Shown: piece after piece, positions 25,514-37,165 of the stretch | Position numbering within the stretch: the first letter of the stretch is position 1 | How the letters are laid out: the number at the start of each line of letters is the position of its first letter | Assembly (NCBI GenBank): GCA_951406725.2 | Contig: OX597825.1 | Coordinates: forward strand, 86,428,001-86,492,000 | DNA from: Octopus vulgaris | Lineage: Eukaryota | DNA length: 64,000 nt | Direction of reading: 5' to 3' | The notes under the pieces: generated by a model | The model's database searches: none | Seen by the model: only the letters and a program-made list of their open reading frames with translations | Told to the model about the DNA's origin: nothing | Made by a program: the position numbers and the translations under genes

Positions 25514-26356
25514 CGAGGTCTGATCAATAAGTATCCGGATTGTTGGCATAGTAACGAAGCTAAAGGACACGGGGTGAAGCTGCTTGACACAGATTGAGCT
25601 TGAACTCTGCTGTCCATGCACACTAAGTTTTGATGTTCTAGCTCACTTCCACTGTTTACAGCAGGGCTTGGAAGGAAGGTGTGTAGTGTTTGATTTGTCA
25701 CATTGACCATGACAGAGAAAGTTGTCATGGCGATACCTGCTCAGAGGCCTATGCAAGGTTGCAGAAGGTGTATGGAGAGGAGTGTATGAGTGGTTCAGAC
25801 GTTTCCAAGATGGTTGAAAAAATGTCGATATTGACGAATGTTCTGGGAGACCCGCAACCAGCAGGACTGAGAAAAACACTGTGGATGTGCGTGCAGCTGT
25901 GAAGGGAAATCGTTGAATCAGTATCCATAAGTTATCAGAGGATGTGCAGATTAGTTACAGTTCAGTCCATTGTCACTGAAGATTTGGTTATGAGAAGCAT
26001 CTGTCTGCCAAGTTAGTGCAAAACTGCTTTCAGTTGACCAAAAAGACACTTGGGTTTCCGTTGCACAAGATCCTCTTCATTATGACAAGAATGATGAAAA
26101 CATTTTGAAAACTTTGCGTAGGCCTCTGAGCAGGTATCACCAAGCTTTTTGCAAAATTTGATGCAGATTCTCTGCTCAATTTTCTCTGTCATGGTCAATG
26201 CAACGATCACACGCTACACATGTTCCTTCTAGGCACTGCTGTAAACAGCAGAAGTGAGCTAGAACGTTAGCAGAGATTAAGGCCAAGCGGCTTCACTCTG
26301 CGTGCTTTAGCTTCATTACTATGGCATCAGTCTGGATACTTATTGATCAGACCATG
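25514..26356. mobile_element. Non-autonomous mariner derivative made of two inverted 5' ends
   Basis: TA flanks at 25512-13 and 26357-58; TIR cgaggtctgatcaataagtatccgga. The transposase N-terminus is on both strands (GDTCSEAYARLQKVYGEECMS on +; EQRICIKFCKKLGDTCSEAYAK on -). Confidence 0.9.
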
Positions 26357-27202
26357 TATACCGTTAAAAGAAATACCTTTCTTATTGTAATCTTCAGGTA
26401 GACTTAGCATAACACAATGAATGACAAAAGTGGACCTTTTGACTGATAGATATGTTTCATTCAAATAAGCTACCACACAGTTTGCTCATCCAGTTTCCTT
26501 CACAAGGCCTAATCAGCTGAGATGATTTTAAGATAAATGACTGGAGTTGAAGTAATAATGGAAGCATGGAAACTCTTTTGGTAGCCAGACTAACTCAAAG
26601 AAGCCAAATTATTTGCCTTGTTTAGTGGTAAAATTTAATGGCAGTTTTAAAGTTTTGAACTCTCTGAGAGCGTGTTTAAAAGGCTAGGCTCTTAACCTTG
26701 TGTCGTACTTCACACAGTTTTCTAAAATGTATCATGTGTTTATTTTCTCTAACAAAAATGTATTATGAAATTCACCATTGAGATGAGTATTGTTTGTATT
26801 AGATGGTCATGTTTAACTAAACTTACTGTGTTTTTTATCTTTTATTTTTATCACAGTAACAACCAGAAGCTTATTGTTCTGTTTGTGGAACAACAAAAAG
26901 AAAAAAAACTAATTTTAGTTCTTGTTTATTTTACTAATATTGTAAACTTGTATTTGTGTTATGGTCTATTCAAAAACAACTTGTGTGAAATAAACTGTAG
27001 ATTGTTCAACATACCATTCAAAGAACATGAAATTTTTTAACTCTTTACTGCAATAATGTATTCAATAACTGACAGAATGCCCTCATGGCATCTGATACTG
27101 GGTGTATATATTAAATAAATGCTGTCAAAGCAAAGACATTACCTGTTACATATATGCACCCATCATTAAAATTAATTTCCAGCATTTTCCTCTTCTCTGC
27201 AG

Positions 27203-27237
27203 GAAGCAACATGTCAAGCATGTTGGCTCCGCGAAAG
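27203..27237 (+). other. Candidate micro-exon containing ATG (MSSMLAPRK)
   Basis: Strong acceptor ttttcctcttctctgcag|; weak donor AAG|gttgaa; contains CpGs. Confidence 0.2.
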
Positions 27238-27621
27238 GTTGAAGCCATTATATATTTTGAAATCTATTTAAGCAAGCAGTATATGTGAGGAAAGTAAATA
27301 GCAACTGCTTCACATGAGTAATTTCACGGAGGTTTGTGTATGGATAGGGGTGGGTGGGGGGGTGAGTAAATTATTGTATAACATGACTTCTACTGTTGAA
27401 GCTATCCAACTTACAAGAGATCATCTATGCTGGAATACATCTGCCATTTGTGTTAATGTGGCAGGTTTTATTTGTTTCATCCTGGAAATGGTTAATCTAA
27501 AGTGAAGATAATAAAATTGTTGATTCTCAGTAGCATTTACAAATGTTAATCTGGTGCTAACCCCTAAACAATTTCCGCTTTCTTTAGTTGTCTTGTTACT
27601 GTCCTAGCAACAACTTTGCAC

Positions 27622-27660
<39 letters not shown>

Positions 27661-27968
27661 ATACACATGTGCAATATTTAGAAATGGGGTATCTTATTTT
27701 TTTTTTTTATTTACAAAATTAGAAGGAAAAGAGGTTGTGATCTTTGTCAATGAATCCTTATGATTTCTAATTTAGTTAAAAGTTTTAAGATTTTTACTAA
27801 TTTTTTTATAGCTTAAAACTTTTTAATTTACTTCACCTAGTGGTGAATTAAAAAAATTTACATGTGCCCCAGGGCACTTAATCTGTGGTTCTAGCAAAAT
27901 TATTTTGTAAATAAAGATCTTGCTTGATCTCATAAAAAATATGAATTCAAATCAAGACAGCATATTCC

Positions 27969-27971
<3 letters not shown>

Positions 27972-28020
<49 letters not shown>

Positions 28021-28038
28021 TGTGTGTGTGTGTGTGTG
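27972..28038. repeat. Compound (GA)n(GT)n microsatellite
   Basis: Direct reading. Confidence 0.95.
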
Positions 28039-28069
28039 GGAAGCAGTGTAAAATTTTAATAATCATTAT

Positions 28070-28265
28070 TTTGAATTTGGGCAGAATGCCAACAATTTTA
28101 GTGGAAGGGCTTTAGTTAATTACATTGATCCCTGTACAAGATTGGTGCTTTATTGTATTGAGTTTGGAGGAACAAATGGTAAAGTTGACCTCAGTGGCAT
28201 TTGAACTCAGGACATAAAAAAACTGGAAGAAATACCATAAGGCCTTTGCATTATTTCTGCTTACC
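28070..28265 (-). mobile_element. SINE family B, diverged
   Basis: aaagttgacctcagtggcatttgaactcag module. Confidence 0.7.
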
Positions 28266-28317
28266 AATTCTTCTTTGGTTCTAAATCAATAAACTATTTC
28301 TTTTTCCACTTTTACAG

Positions 28318-28372
28318 ATATTTGGATTTACATACACCTTGGATTACCTCTTTTCAAAAGAACTCAGATTTG
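28318..28372 (+). other. Candidate 55-nt internal exon
   Basis: Long polypyrimidine acceptor tttctttttccacttttacag| and donor TG|gtaaga. All three frames are open; product unrecognised. Confidence 0.4.
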
Positions 28373-28534
28373 GTAAGAATTATCTTAGTTTGTATTCTCA
28401 CTTTTAATTAAAATTATGAATAATTGTCTTAGTACAATTTTGTTGGTGAGAAGAATTAAATTCCAAAATGTTTTGATCACAATTAGAACATGTTTAGTGT
28501 TTTTTGATATTTCAATCTGAGAGGACAGACACAA

Positions 28535-28890
28535 GCATAGCATTGTGGTTGTGCAGTTTGCTCCTCAACCATATGACTTTGGGTTTAGCCCTACTTCATG
28601 GCATTTTGAGAAAGTGTCTGTAGTCCTGAATTGACCAAAGCCTTGTGATTGGATTTGGTAGATGGAAGCTGAAAGAAGCCCATCGTGTGTGTGTGTTCAA
28701 ACCTGCAATGGCTTATATGGAAGTGCAGTGGGTGAGGGTGTTGTTAGTTTGACCTGTGAACAAATTGTCCAGGTGTCTTTGTTCCTTCAAAACCATGTGG
28801 AATAGGTGATCCCTTACTTGAAACACAAGTAAGGATTCAAGGAAGGGCATCTGGCTGTAAACCAGGTTCGTCCAACCCAAGCATAGAAAA
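28535..28890 (+). mobile_element. SINE family A, RTE-type tail
   Basis: caaagccttgtgattggatttggtagatggaagctgaaagaagccc...aggaagggcatctggctgta. Confidence 0.75.
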
Positions 28891-29034
28891 AAAATGCAAA
28901 ATGAACAAATTTATTTTTTTTAGCTGATATTTGTCAGTGACAGAAATAATTGATAGATTAAGGAAATTGAAATTATAATATTGTTTCGTATAGGAACTGG
29001 TACAATATTTAATTAATTTTACATCACACTCTAT

Positions 29035-29262
29035 ACCTGCCACATGGCCACTTCTCTTGATTCCACTCCTTCTCTCAGCTGAGAGGTGTTTGCCTTGCAA
29101 GCTACCTGGCAACTCTGCGGGTGTTGGTGCCACATAAAAAGCACTCATGCTGACATCCAGCAGTAGAAACTATACCAAAACAGACAGTTGGAAACAGCTC
29201 CTGTCAAACTGTCCAACCCATGCCAGCATAGAAAACGGATGTTACATGATGATGATGATGAT
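29035..29262 (+). mobile_element. Family D RTE-3'-derived repeat (one hairpin unit)
   Basis: ggtgccacataaaaagcac...tccaacccatgccagcatagaaaacggatgtta + (GAT)n. Confidence 0.8.
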
Positions 29263-29631
29263 CACATTTTGGTGAACAATACAGTTGGTGGTGGTATGTT
29301 CTTCATTGGTCCATTGTATTTGTTTAACTTGGGCAGAACAAATATCACACGTTTCTATTTAAAAAGCACCATTTTTATCAGTTTTCTCACTATTAACATC
29401 CTTTGCCAACCTACAAAAACACAGATATGAAATTGTTCTCTGCCTTTTATTCTGTTTGCCTGCTTAATCATTTATATTGCTGAACATTACATAAATGGCT
29501 GTTATCTCTCAAACATTGACGCTCTGTCTAACTATTTTGAATTTACAGATATTAATCTGAGAAAAATAAAAATAAAAGCCTCCACTTTACTAACATAAAA
29601 AATATAAACTAGTTTAATAAATTGTTTAAAA

Positions 29632-30042
29632 GGCGTAGGAGTGGCTGTGTGGTAAGTAGTTTGCTTACGAACCACATGGTTCCGGGTTCAGTCCCACTGC
29701 GTGGCATCTTGGGCAAGTGTCTTCTACTATAGCCTTGGGCCAACCAAAGCCTTGTGAGTGGATTTGGTAGACGGAAACTGAAAGAAGCCCATCGTATATA
29801 TGTATATATATGTATGGGTGTGTGTATATGTGTTTGTGTGTCTGTGTTTGTCCCCCCAACATCGCTTGACAACCAATGCTGGTGTGTTTACGTCTCCGTA
29901 ACTTAGCGGTTTGGCAAAAGAGACCGATAAAATAAGAACTAGGCTTACAAAGAATAAGTCTTGGGGTCGATTTGCTCGACTAAAGGCGGTGCTCTTGCAT
30001 GGCCACAGTCAGATGACTGAAACAAGTAAAAGAGTAAAGAGA
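29632..30042 (+). mobile_element. Full-length, relatively young SINE family A with tail B
   Basis: A box tggctgtgtgg (29642-52), B box ggttcagtccc (29685-95), CORE-like cttgggcaagtgtcttct, (TA/TG)n hinge, ends gaaacaagtaaaagagtaaaga. Many CpGs retained. Confidence 0.92.
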
Positions 30043-30811
30043 ATATTTATTTCTAACAGGTATCTATAAATTGAGAAAGTTTTATCTTTTTTTCTATTTT
30101 ATCTTTGTAAAAAGGGTTTTTTACATTTGGATCTCTCTGTGTATTAATAATTAATTAATTAATTTCAATATGAAACATTTCTTTATGATTTAAATATTGT
30201 TTCATAATAAAGAATGTAGACTCATGATTTTTATGTTGCACCACACGTATTTAATTAAACTTTGATTCTGTTATTGGTATTTAGTTGTGAAATAGATATT
30301 TATCACCATGGTTACCTGTTCTTAGGTGAAAACTGCAGAGATTTTAACAGTAATCCTGTACAAACCTTAGAGGGTTGGTATCCCATTTTTTGTCATGGAC
30401 TGCAGCATTCAGAGTGTACATGTGCACAGAGAGAGAGAGAGAGAGAGAGAGAGCGGCAATGGTATTATTATTTACCCTTCACAGAGAGCCTGCTTATAGA
30501 CCATGAGCAGAAATCCCATCTTCAGATTACTCCAATAAAAAAAATGTTTTAGTTACAATAATAATTATAATTGAAAGAAAATTCAATATAATATATATTT
30601 GAAGGGTGAACGCTCTTTGCATCTGAATGGAGTATCCAGATCTCTCTATCTCTCCTCTCTCTCTCTCCCCTCTCCTCTCTCCCCCTCTCTCTCTCCTCTC
30701 TCATACACACACACACACACTGTCCATATAAGTGTTATTCACTGTTACAATTATTATAATATAATCACACAGATTTATTCATTAAATATGTTGGAGATAT
30801 TTGTGTAATTA

Positions 30812-31024
30812 TCGGTTTCAAATTCTGACCTCACACCAGCAATTTTGGAGGAGGAACTACATTGATTGCATCGACCCCAAATGATCAGCTGGTATTTTAT
30901 TGACTCTAAAAGGACGAAAGGCAAAGTTGACAGCGGCGGAGTTTCAACTGAGAATATAGAGATGGATGAAATGCCGCTAAGCACTTTGCTTGGCATACTA
31001 ATGATTCTGCCAACTCACCACCTT
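30812..31024 (-). mobile_element. SINE family B
   Basis: Same full consensus as the 22026 copy; CpGs retained. Confidence 0.88.
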
Positions 31025-31584
31025 AATTAGTGTAATTATTATCAGTGTAATTAAAGTTAGTCTTAATTAAGGTTAATGTTAATTATTATGAGTCTAATTA
31101 ATTATTTGAATTCTTCTCTAAGTTGTAGGATGAAGGTAAAATGTCAAAGGGAAGAGACATTATTCGAAAAAAAAAGTCATCAAAGTGTTTAGAACAGGAT
31201 TTTGAGAGGTGAAAAAGTCAGATTGAGGGGCCTGGAAGGAGGAAGAAATTGTTATCTTGAGTAGATTTCTGTAAACATGGAGGTGGTATCACTTCAGATG
31301 TGTAGCCTTAGGGTTAAATAACGTATATTCTTCTCTTTCTCCATTTTCTTTCTCTTCTTTCAGAAGAAGAGCTTATACCTGTTGTTGCTGTAACATCCAT
31401 TCTACATATTAAGACATAAGATGTGTGTGTGTGCGTGCGTGCGTATACCCTCTAGAAAAAGATGAACTGTGAACTATATTCTCCTGTCTGTATTCTTCTA
31501 TCTACTTTTACCCTTTATTCTTCTATTTTATTCTTTATAAACTGTGAATTTCCCTGTTTGAAACTTTCATTACATACTTATCTT

Positions 31585-31660
31585 GTCTCTGATGATGGAA
31601 TCCCCAGTGTATGGACATGCTAGCCTATCACTTGGGATATCTCAGAAACAACTGTAAGAC
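31585..31660 (+). ncRNA. Minimal type I hammerhead ribozyme motif (Penelope-like)
   Basis: gtct-CTGATGA-[imperfect stem II atccccagtg/cacttgggat]-GAAAC-aact-GTA-agac; stem I gtct/agac; predicted cleavage after 31656. Confidence 0.65.
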
Positions 31661-31892
31661 TTCATATTCATTTTCCCCTAATTAAATTATTCTAAATGAG
31701 ATACTTGTCCTGCCTTGATTTTGTTGTCCTTTTTCCTCTAATGTAATATATACCTGCTAACACGGAAGCCTAATATGGATCCTTAGCAACAGCCTCAGCT
31801 GTGAACTTGGAACCTAATGGACGGCCAATTATAGAACTTACTCAGTGTACCTATTCGTTTACATCACCAGTGAACTAAACCTTTCAAGCACA

Positions 31893-32316
31893 TCTGAGCG
31901 TGATCATTGCTAGGGCCACGAATTGGCTCCCATGCTGGTGGCACATAAAAAGCACCAGTCAAGCGTGATCGTTGTCAGCGTCGCCTTACCGGCACATGTG
32001 CCGGTGGCTTGTGAAAACATTTTGAGTGTGGTCGTTGCCAGTGCTACTGGACTGGCTCCCGTGCAGGTAGCACGTAAAAAACACCTTTTGAGTGTGGTCA
32101 TTGCCAGAACCACCTGACTGGCCCCCGTGCCAGTGGCACGTAAAAGCACCCACTACAGTCTCGGAGTGGTTGGCATTAGGAAGGGCATCTAGCTGTAGAA
32201 ACTTTGCAAGATCAGATTGAGCCTGGTGCAGCCTTCTGGCTCACCAGTCCTCAGTCAAACCGTCCAACCCATGCCAGCATGGAAAGCAGACGTTAAACAA
32301 CGACGACGATGATGAT
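31893..32316 (+). mobile_element. Family D RTE-3'-derived repeat with about 55-60 bp tandem units
   Basis: Repeated gtggcac(g/a)taaaaagcacc...agtgtggtcgttgccag; tail aggaagggcatc...gacgttaaacaacgacgacgatgatg. Confidence 0.88.
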
Positions 32317-34454
32317 GTATATATATGCACACGCACATATATATATATAATGTATTGTTCCATTATTAGTGGGATCAACTAAGAAGTACTCCATCCAGTG
32401 AGAGATAAATATTTTAATATACACAGGATTTAAATGCAAGCTATGAAAGATTGTCTGACCATTGTATTTCCAGAGGCACGAAACTAATAGCTCACACTGT
32501 GTGCGTGTAAGCTTGTGTCTCAGTATGTAGAGTGGATGTTGGAGCAACGAATGTTAATTAAGTTGTTATTCTTTGCAAAACTAACATGTAATGCTGTTTG
32601 TTGTCTGCTAGAAATATTTTCATTTGACATTCAGACATTCATCATTACAGAGTTGCAGCAAATTGTCAATGAATGGAAAATTAACTGTTTTTCTAACTTT
32701 GTCAAGACTCACTGTTATGATAAAAGAAAGGATGAATCTATAATTAATATAAAGAGCTGAGCTCATTATTTTCTGTTAGTCTCACATCATCATCAATCAC
32801 TTATGTTTTTTTTTCTATAATCAATCTCATCGTTAATAGAATTGTCCATATAATTGGTTTTCATTTCAAAGCTTTAACCATTAAAGTCTTTCACAATCAA
32901 TGTGAAAAGACAGCAACAACAATAACAGCAATACTGGTAGAGTCATAATTTACAACTGTGACTTTAGGCTTCATTGTCTTCATTGATCTGCTAATATAAA
33001 TTAATGGTGGAATTGAAATTTGAAACTCTCTTACTCGTTTATGATTGTCCTAGGATTACATTTACCTTGTTTATGGTTCTAAGCTCTTTTTTGTTTGTTT
33101 ATTTTGTGAAAATTATTAAGACTAAGCAAGATTCAATATCCATTTCCAAACTTTATATTAGATTACTATGTCCATTTAGAAAGAAACCAGGATAATTCTT
33201 TTCAGACAGGAGTTCAGAATTCCATACCTACTTTTGTTTTTCAGAGTATGCATGATTCCTGTCTGTTTTACTGCTTTCAGTTGTAAAATATGGAAGGTTG
33301 GGGTCTTTTTGGGATACATCTAAAAGACCATCCTCATTATTAATATTGAGTTAAAATAAGCCCGTTATCTCTGAACTGCATCATACCAATTAGTAACATT
33401 GGTACAGTGTGGTGGTATGACAGAGGAGGTGGGGGTATCTGTGGAATTATCACAGTATACCAATCCTTTTTTTTTTTTTTTATTACATCAGTTTAGAATA
33501 TTTCTTTATCTTATTTCAATTCCAGGCCAGCAAACATGTTCTTAGCTGTTTCTCTGTTTTCTTGGTATTGGCTAAACTGACACTTGGACCATGTTTATGG
33601 CTTTGGTTTTAGTATCGGCTGAATGCTTATTGTGTATTGGACACCTCTAAAATCTTGTACTTTTTGATACATTTTGTTCTTGCTATCTTTTTAAGAATTT
33701 CTTTTGTTTCTTTTAAAACTACCTGTATATTCCTGCAGGCTATTTCCTAGACCATGCTAACCTGCTAAGATAAATTTAAGAGAAGTAATAGAGTTTGGTT
33801 AATGGCACCAACATGTGACTGCGATGCAAAGGAAGTAGATCCATTTTCTTAACTGGAATTCTATTTAATACAAATCTGCTATAAAAGTTTATATTTGAAA
33901 TTTGTAACAACATCAGTTAAATTCATTAGAAAGTTTTACTCAAAGCAACCAAAGTGTTTTTCAAGGTTCACACTCTGATGAAGCAGTAACCTGAAAATTT
34001 TAAATTAAATGACTTGTATGGCTTGAATTTTAATAAAATTAAAATAATATTAACAATAAAGGGTTATATGAATTTCTGCTCTGACTAAATAATAATTATC
34101 TACACCTTACCTATTATAATAAGCAAGATGTAAATCTTCCTAAAGAAGGGTTTTATAATTGAGTTTCTTTCGAGAAATTTGTTTATTTAATGGCTAAAAT
34201 CAATTTTCATATTAAAATTGGGTTTAAATTTGTTTTAGTATATTTTTATACCCAAATGTGTGCCTCAATATTTTTTGGTATTGGTTTTAGCAGAGTAGAA
34301 AAATCTGGTACAATATTTTTTTATAAATTTTAAAATTGATGGAACATTGAATGTTAAAATATCAAATGTACTTTAATCACTGAGTTTTATCCGAACAGAT
34401 CAGTATGGCTAGATCTTTTGAAGCCAATAATGCAAAGCAATCATTGTATGATAG

Positions 34455-34540
34455 AAATAGCAGTAAAATCTATCTCAAACCAAACGCTACTGTGTTTTGA
34501 AAAAGTAAAGAGACATCAAATAATGTACTTCTAAATACTG
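34455..34540 (+). mobile_element. Family E fragment
   Basis: tagaaatagcagtaaaatctatctcaaacc matches the family E core. Confidence 0.55.
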
Positions 34541-35324
34541 TTTGGGTGATGGATTTAATGTTATCCATTGCAACACTGTTACCTGACCTTTGGGTGTCTC
34601 TAGTGGAGTCCACTGTATTGTAAGCATTTGAACTAAGTCTGAGGTTAATCCATTAGTAATGGGTTTGTTCCTCTTTTCCAGAGTCAGGCTAACATCCTGC
34701 TTTTGTAGAGCTAAGCTTAGAAACCAGTGTTGGTTATTTTTGAGATGAACTGTTGACATCAGTAAATAAAAGATACATGTTTCTTTTGCTTTGTTTCTTT
34801 TATGTATTTCTTTAAAAAAAACTTTAGTATTTCACGCCATAAGAAGAGAGGTGTTTAGTAATAAAAGAAAAAAATTAATTCACTTTTGAAATACAAAATA
34901 TTTCAAGTTTTTACAAATTTCCTTACATACTGCACTAATGTCTCTGTGTAATTAGATTGTTACCTAATTTAGAAAGCAATTAAGCTGTAAAGGTTTACTG
35001 AAAATATCGGTAGTTGGTGAATATTCTCTCATGCAAGTAATTAGTATTTTGTACCTTTTTAACTTGATGACCTCATTGAAAGCTTTTGGTAATCAAATTA
35101 AATTTAGAATAGTGTTAGCCTAACTATAGTTCTAAAGTTGTTTTTGTTTTTTTTTTAACTAGAATGTTAAGATTAGTTTTAAGAACATCAATTTTACAGT
35201 TTCACAAAGATTAGCAAGCAGTAATTACTGTCACTTTATGGTTATTTAAAATTTTAATCTTCTTTTTCTAATTTTTTGTTTCTTGTTCATACAACATGCA
35301 GGATATGTTGAAATAATATTAATG

Positions 35325-35500
<176 letters not shown>

Positions 35501-36204
35501 GTGATAATCATCGGGTGTGTGTGTAGGATTTGTCAATGGCCATGCATATTATATTTTTGCTATAGAGCATCACTATCTGATATACAGAGACCTATGTATT
35601 ATGATTCTTGAGATAAAATCTCTGTAATGCCTGCGTTATCAACAGTCGCGCCTTACTATATATGGCCAATAACAGAAGGTAGAATTTGGTTACACAACAA
35701 CAGCCCAGCTATAATAATTTCATATGCAGCAGTTATTCAAAACTAGCTTTTCCTCTCTGTCACTCAGAAGTGTCACTTTTTTTCCCCTCTTCTGTTGATA
35801 AGGTTTCTGAACAACGAAGGGGAACATATAAATATATAATTCTATTTTCAGATATCCTCTGATTCTACATTCTGTTACCTCATGCAATGTTTGATGTCAT
35901 ATTTCACTTTGTAGCAAGTTTCTTCCATTTTATGTGGTCTAAAGAATCACACATGCCCCCCCACCACATGTATATGCACATGTGCGCACACAGGGTTTCT
36001 ACACTTCTAAACTGTAAGGTATATATCAGTAGATTAGTTTTTTTCTATATCTTCAAATGTCTATTTTTGGGGGTTTTGTTTTTATCTTTGATAAGAAACT
36101 TAACCATTCCTATTTATAAAATTTAGGGTTTTATTCTGAATCTGATTCTTAGTAAAAACAAAAAGTCAGACTAAAACGGAGTAGGTCATTGTGATGTATA
36201 TTGT

Positions 36205-36439
36205 CATCATTGTTATTTTAAAGTCCCCTTTTCCATGCTTGCAGGGGTCGGATGGAATTGGTTGAGGCAGATTTTCTATATTCTGTGCTATTTCCTGTCA
36301 CTAGCCCTTAACTCTTTTAAAGCAAGGTAATAATTTCCCCATGGGCCAGATATGTTTTCCATGGAAGACTGGAAACAAACCACCTCACTTCTATGATGGT
36401 TATGCTCTTTTACAATCATCAGATGATGTCAAGACAAGG

Positions 36440-36475
<36 letters not shown>

Positions 36476-36490
36476 AGACACACACACAAG
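36205..36490 (-). mobile_element. SINE family A RTE-type tail with hinge, head absent
   Basis: ttttccatgcttgc...agcaaggtaataatttccccatgg...gatgtcaagacaagg + (CA)n. Confidence 0.75.
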
Positions 36491-37165
36491 ATGGTAATTT
36501 TGGTTATTGTTTCCATTCATCCTTTAATGAATGTCTAAAGGATAAAATAAACAAATGTAAATATACCTAAAAATACAAAATACATATAAGTAGTATTTCC
36601 CAGCAGCAGTGTTAATAGTAGTTGCCTTATTTTATCAATGGCAGCTGTTTCATTAGAGTAGGTGTGTGTGTGTGTGTGTGTGTTCAAGTTACCTATAAAT
36701 TACTCTATGATCTTGACCTACACTGAGCTTACTACATTGACTGAAAACTAGAAACTCCTGCTGACTGATGACTAAGAGCAGCAGAACAAATAAAGATAAC
36801 AACAACGACAACAATAACATTTGTCTTATTCTGTGAGGAGGAGAACCAATTGCGAGACTTGATGTTTCTAGCCAAGAATTACCATCTCCAACCTTGAAAC
36901 CTACGTTTCAATGGCAACTTCTATTTGCTACCATTTTTTCTTTTTCTTTCTTTCTATCTGGGCTCTCTGCCAGACTTCACTATCATTCTGGTTTACAGGA
37001 ATTCTTCACTAGTCTGATTCGTTTCACTACTACAGACCTATGTTATTACTTCTCTGGTTGCTTGTACATTAATGCTATCACACACACACATGTACATAGA
37101 GAATATACACTATTGCTCTTTGATTATACATTAATGCTTTCCCTCTCTTTCTCTTTCCCCTTATA

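Noticed and set aside
29632-29705. tRNA gene
   Set aside because: A and B boxes are present, but it continues into the SINE body; it is a tRNA-derived head.
31893-32150. CRISPR-like repeat/spacer pattern (also 22620-22830)
   Set aside because: The spacers resemble each other, the repeats are degenerate, there are no cas genes, and the array lies inside an RTE-tailed eukaryotic repeat.
33973-34000. ctctgatgaagc...ctgaaa hammerhead-like motif
   Set aside because: No NUH site with stem I complementarity follows. Similarly degenerate look-alikes near 8895-8930 and 62605-62632 were also dropped.
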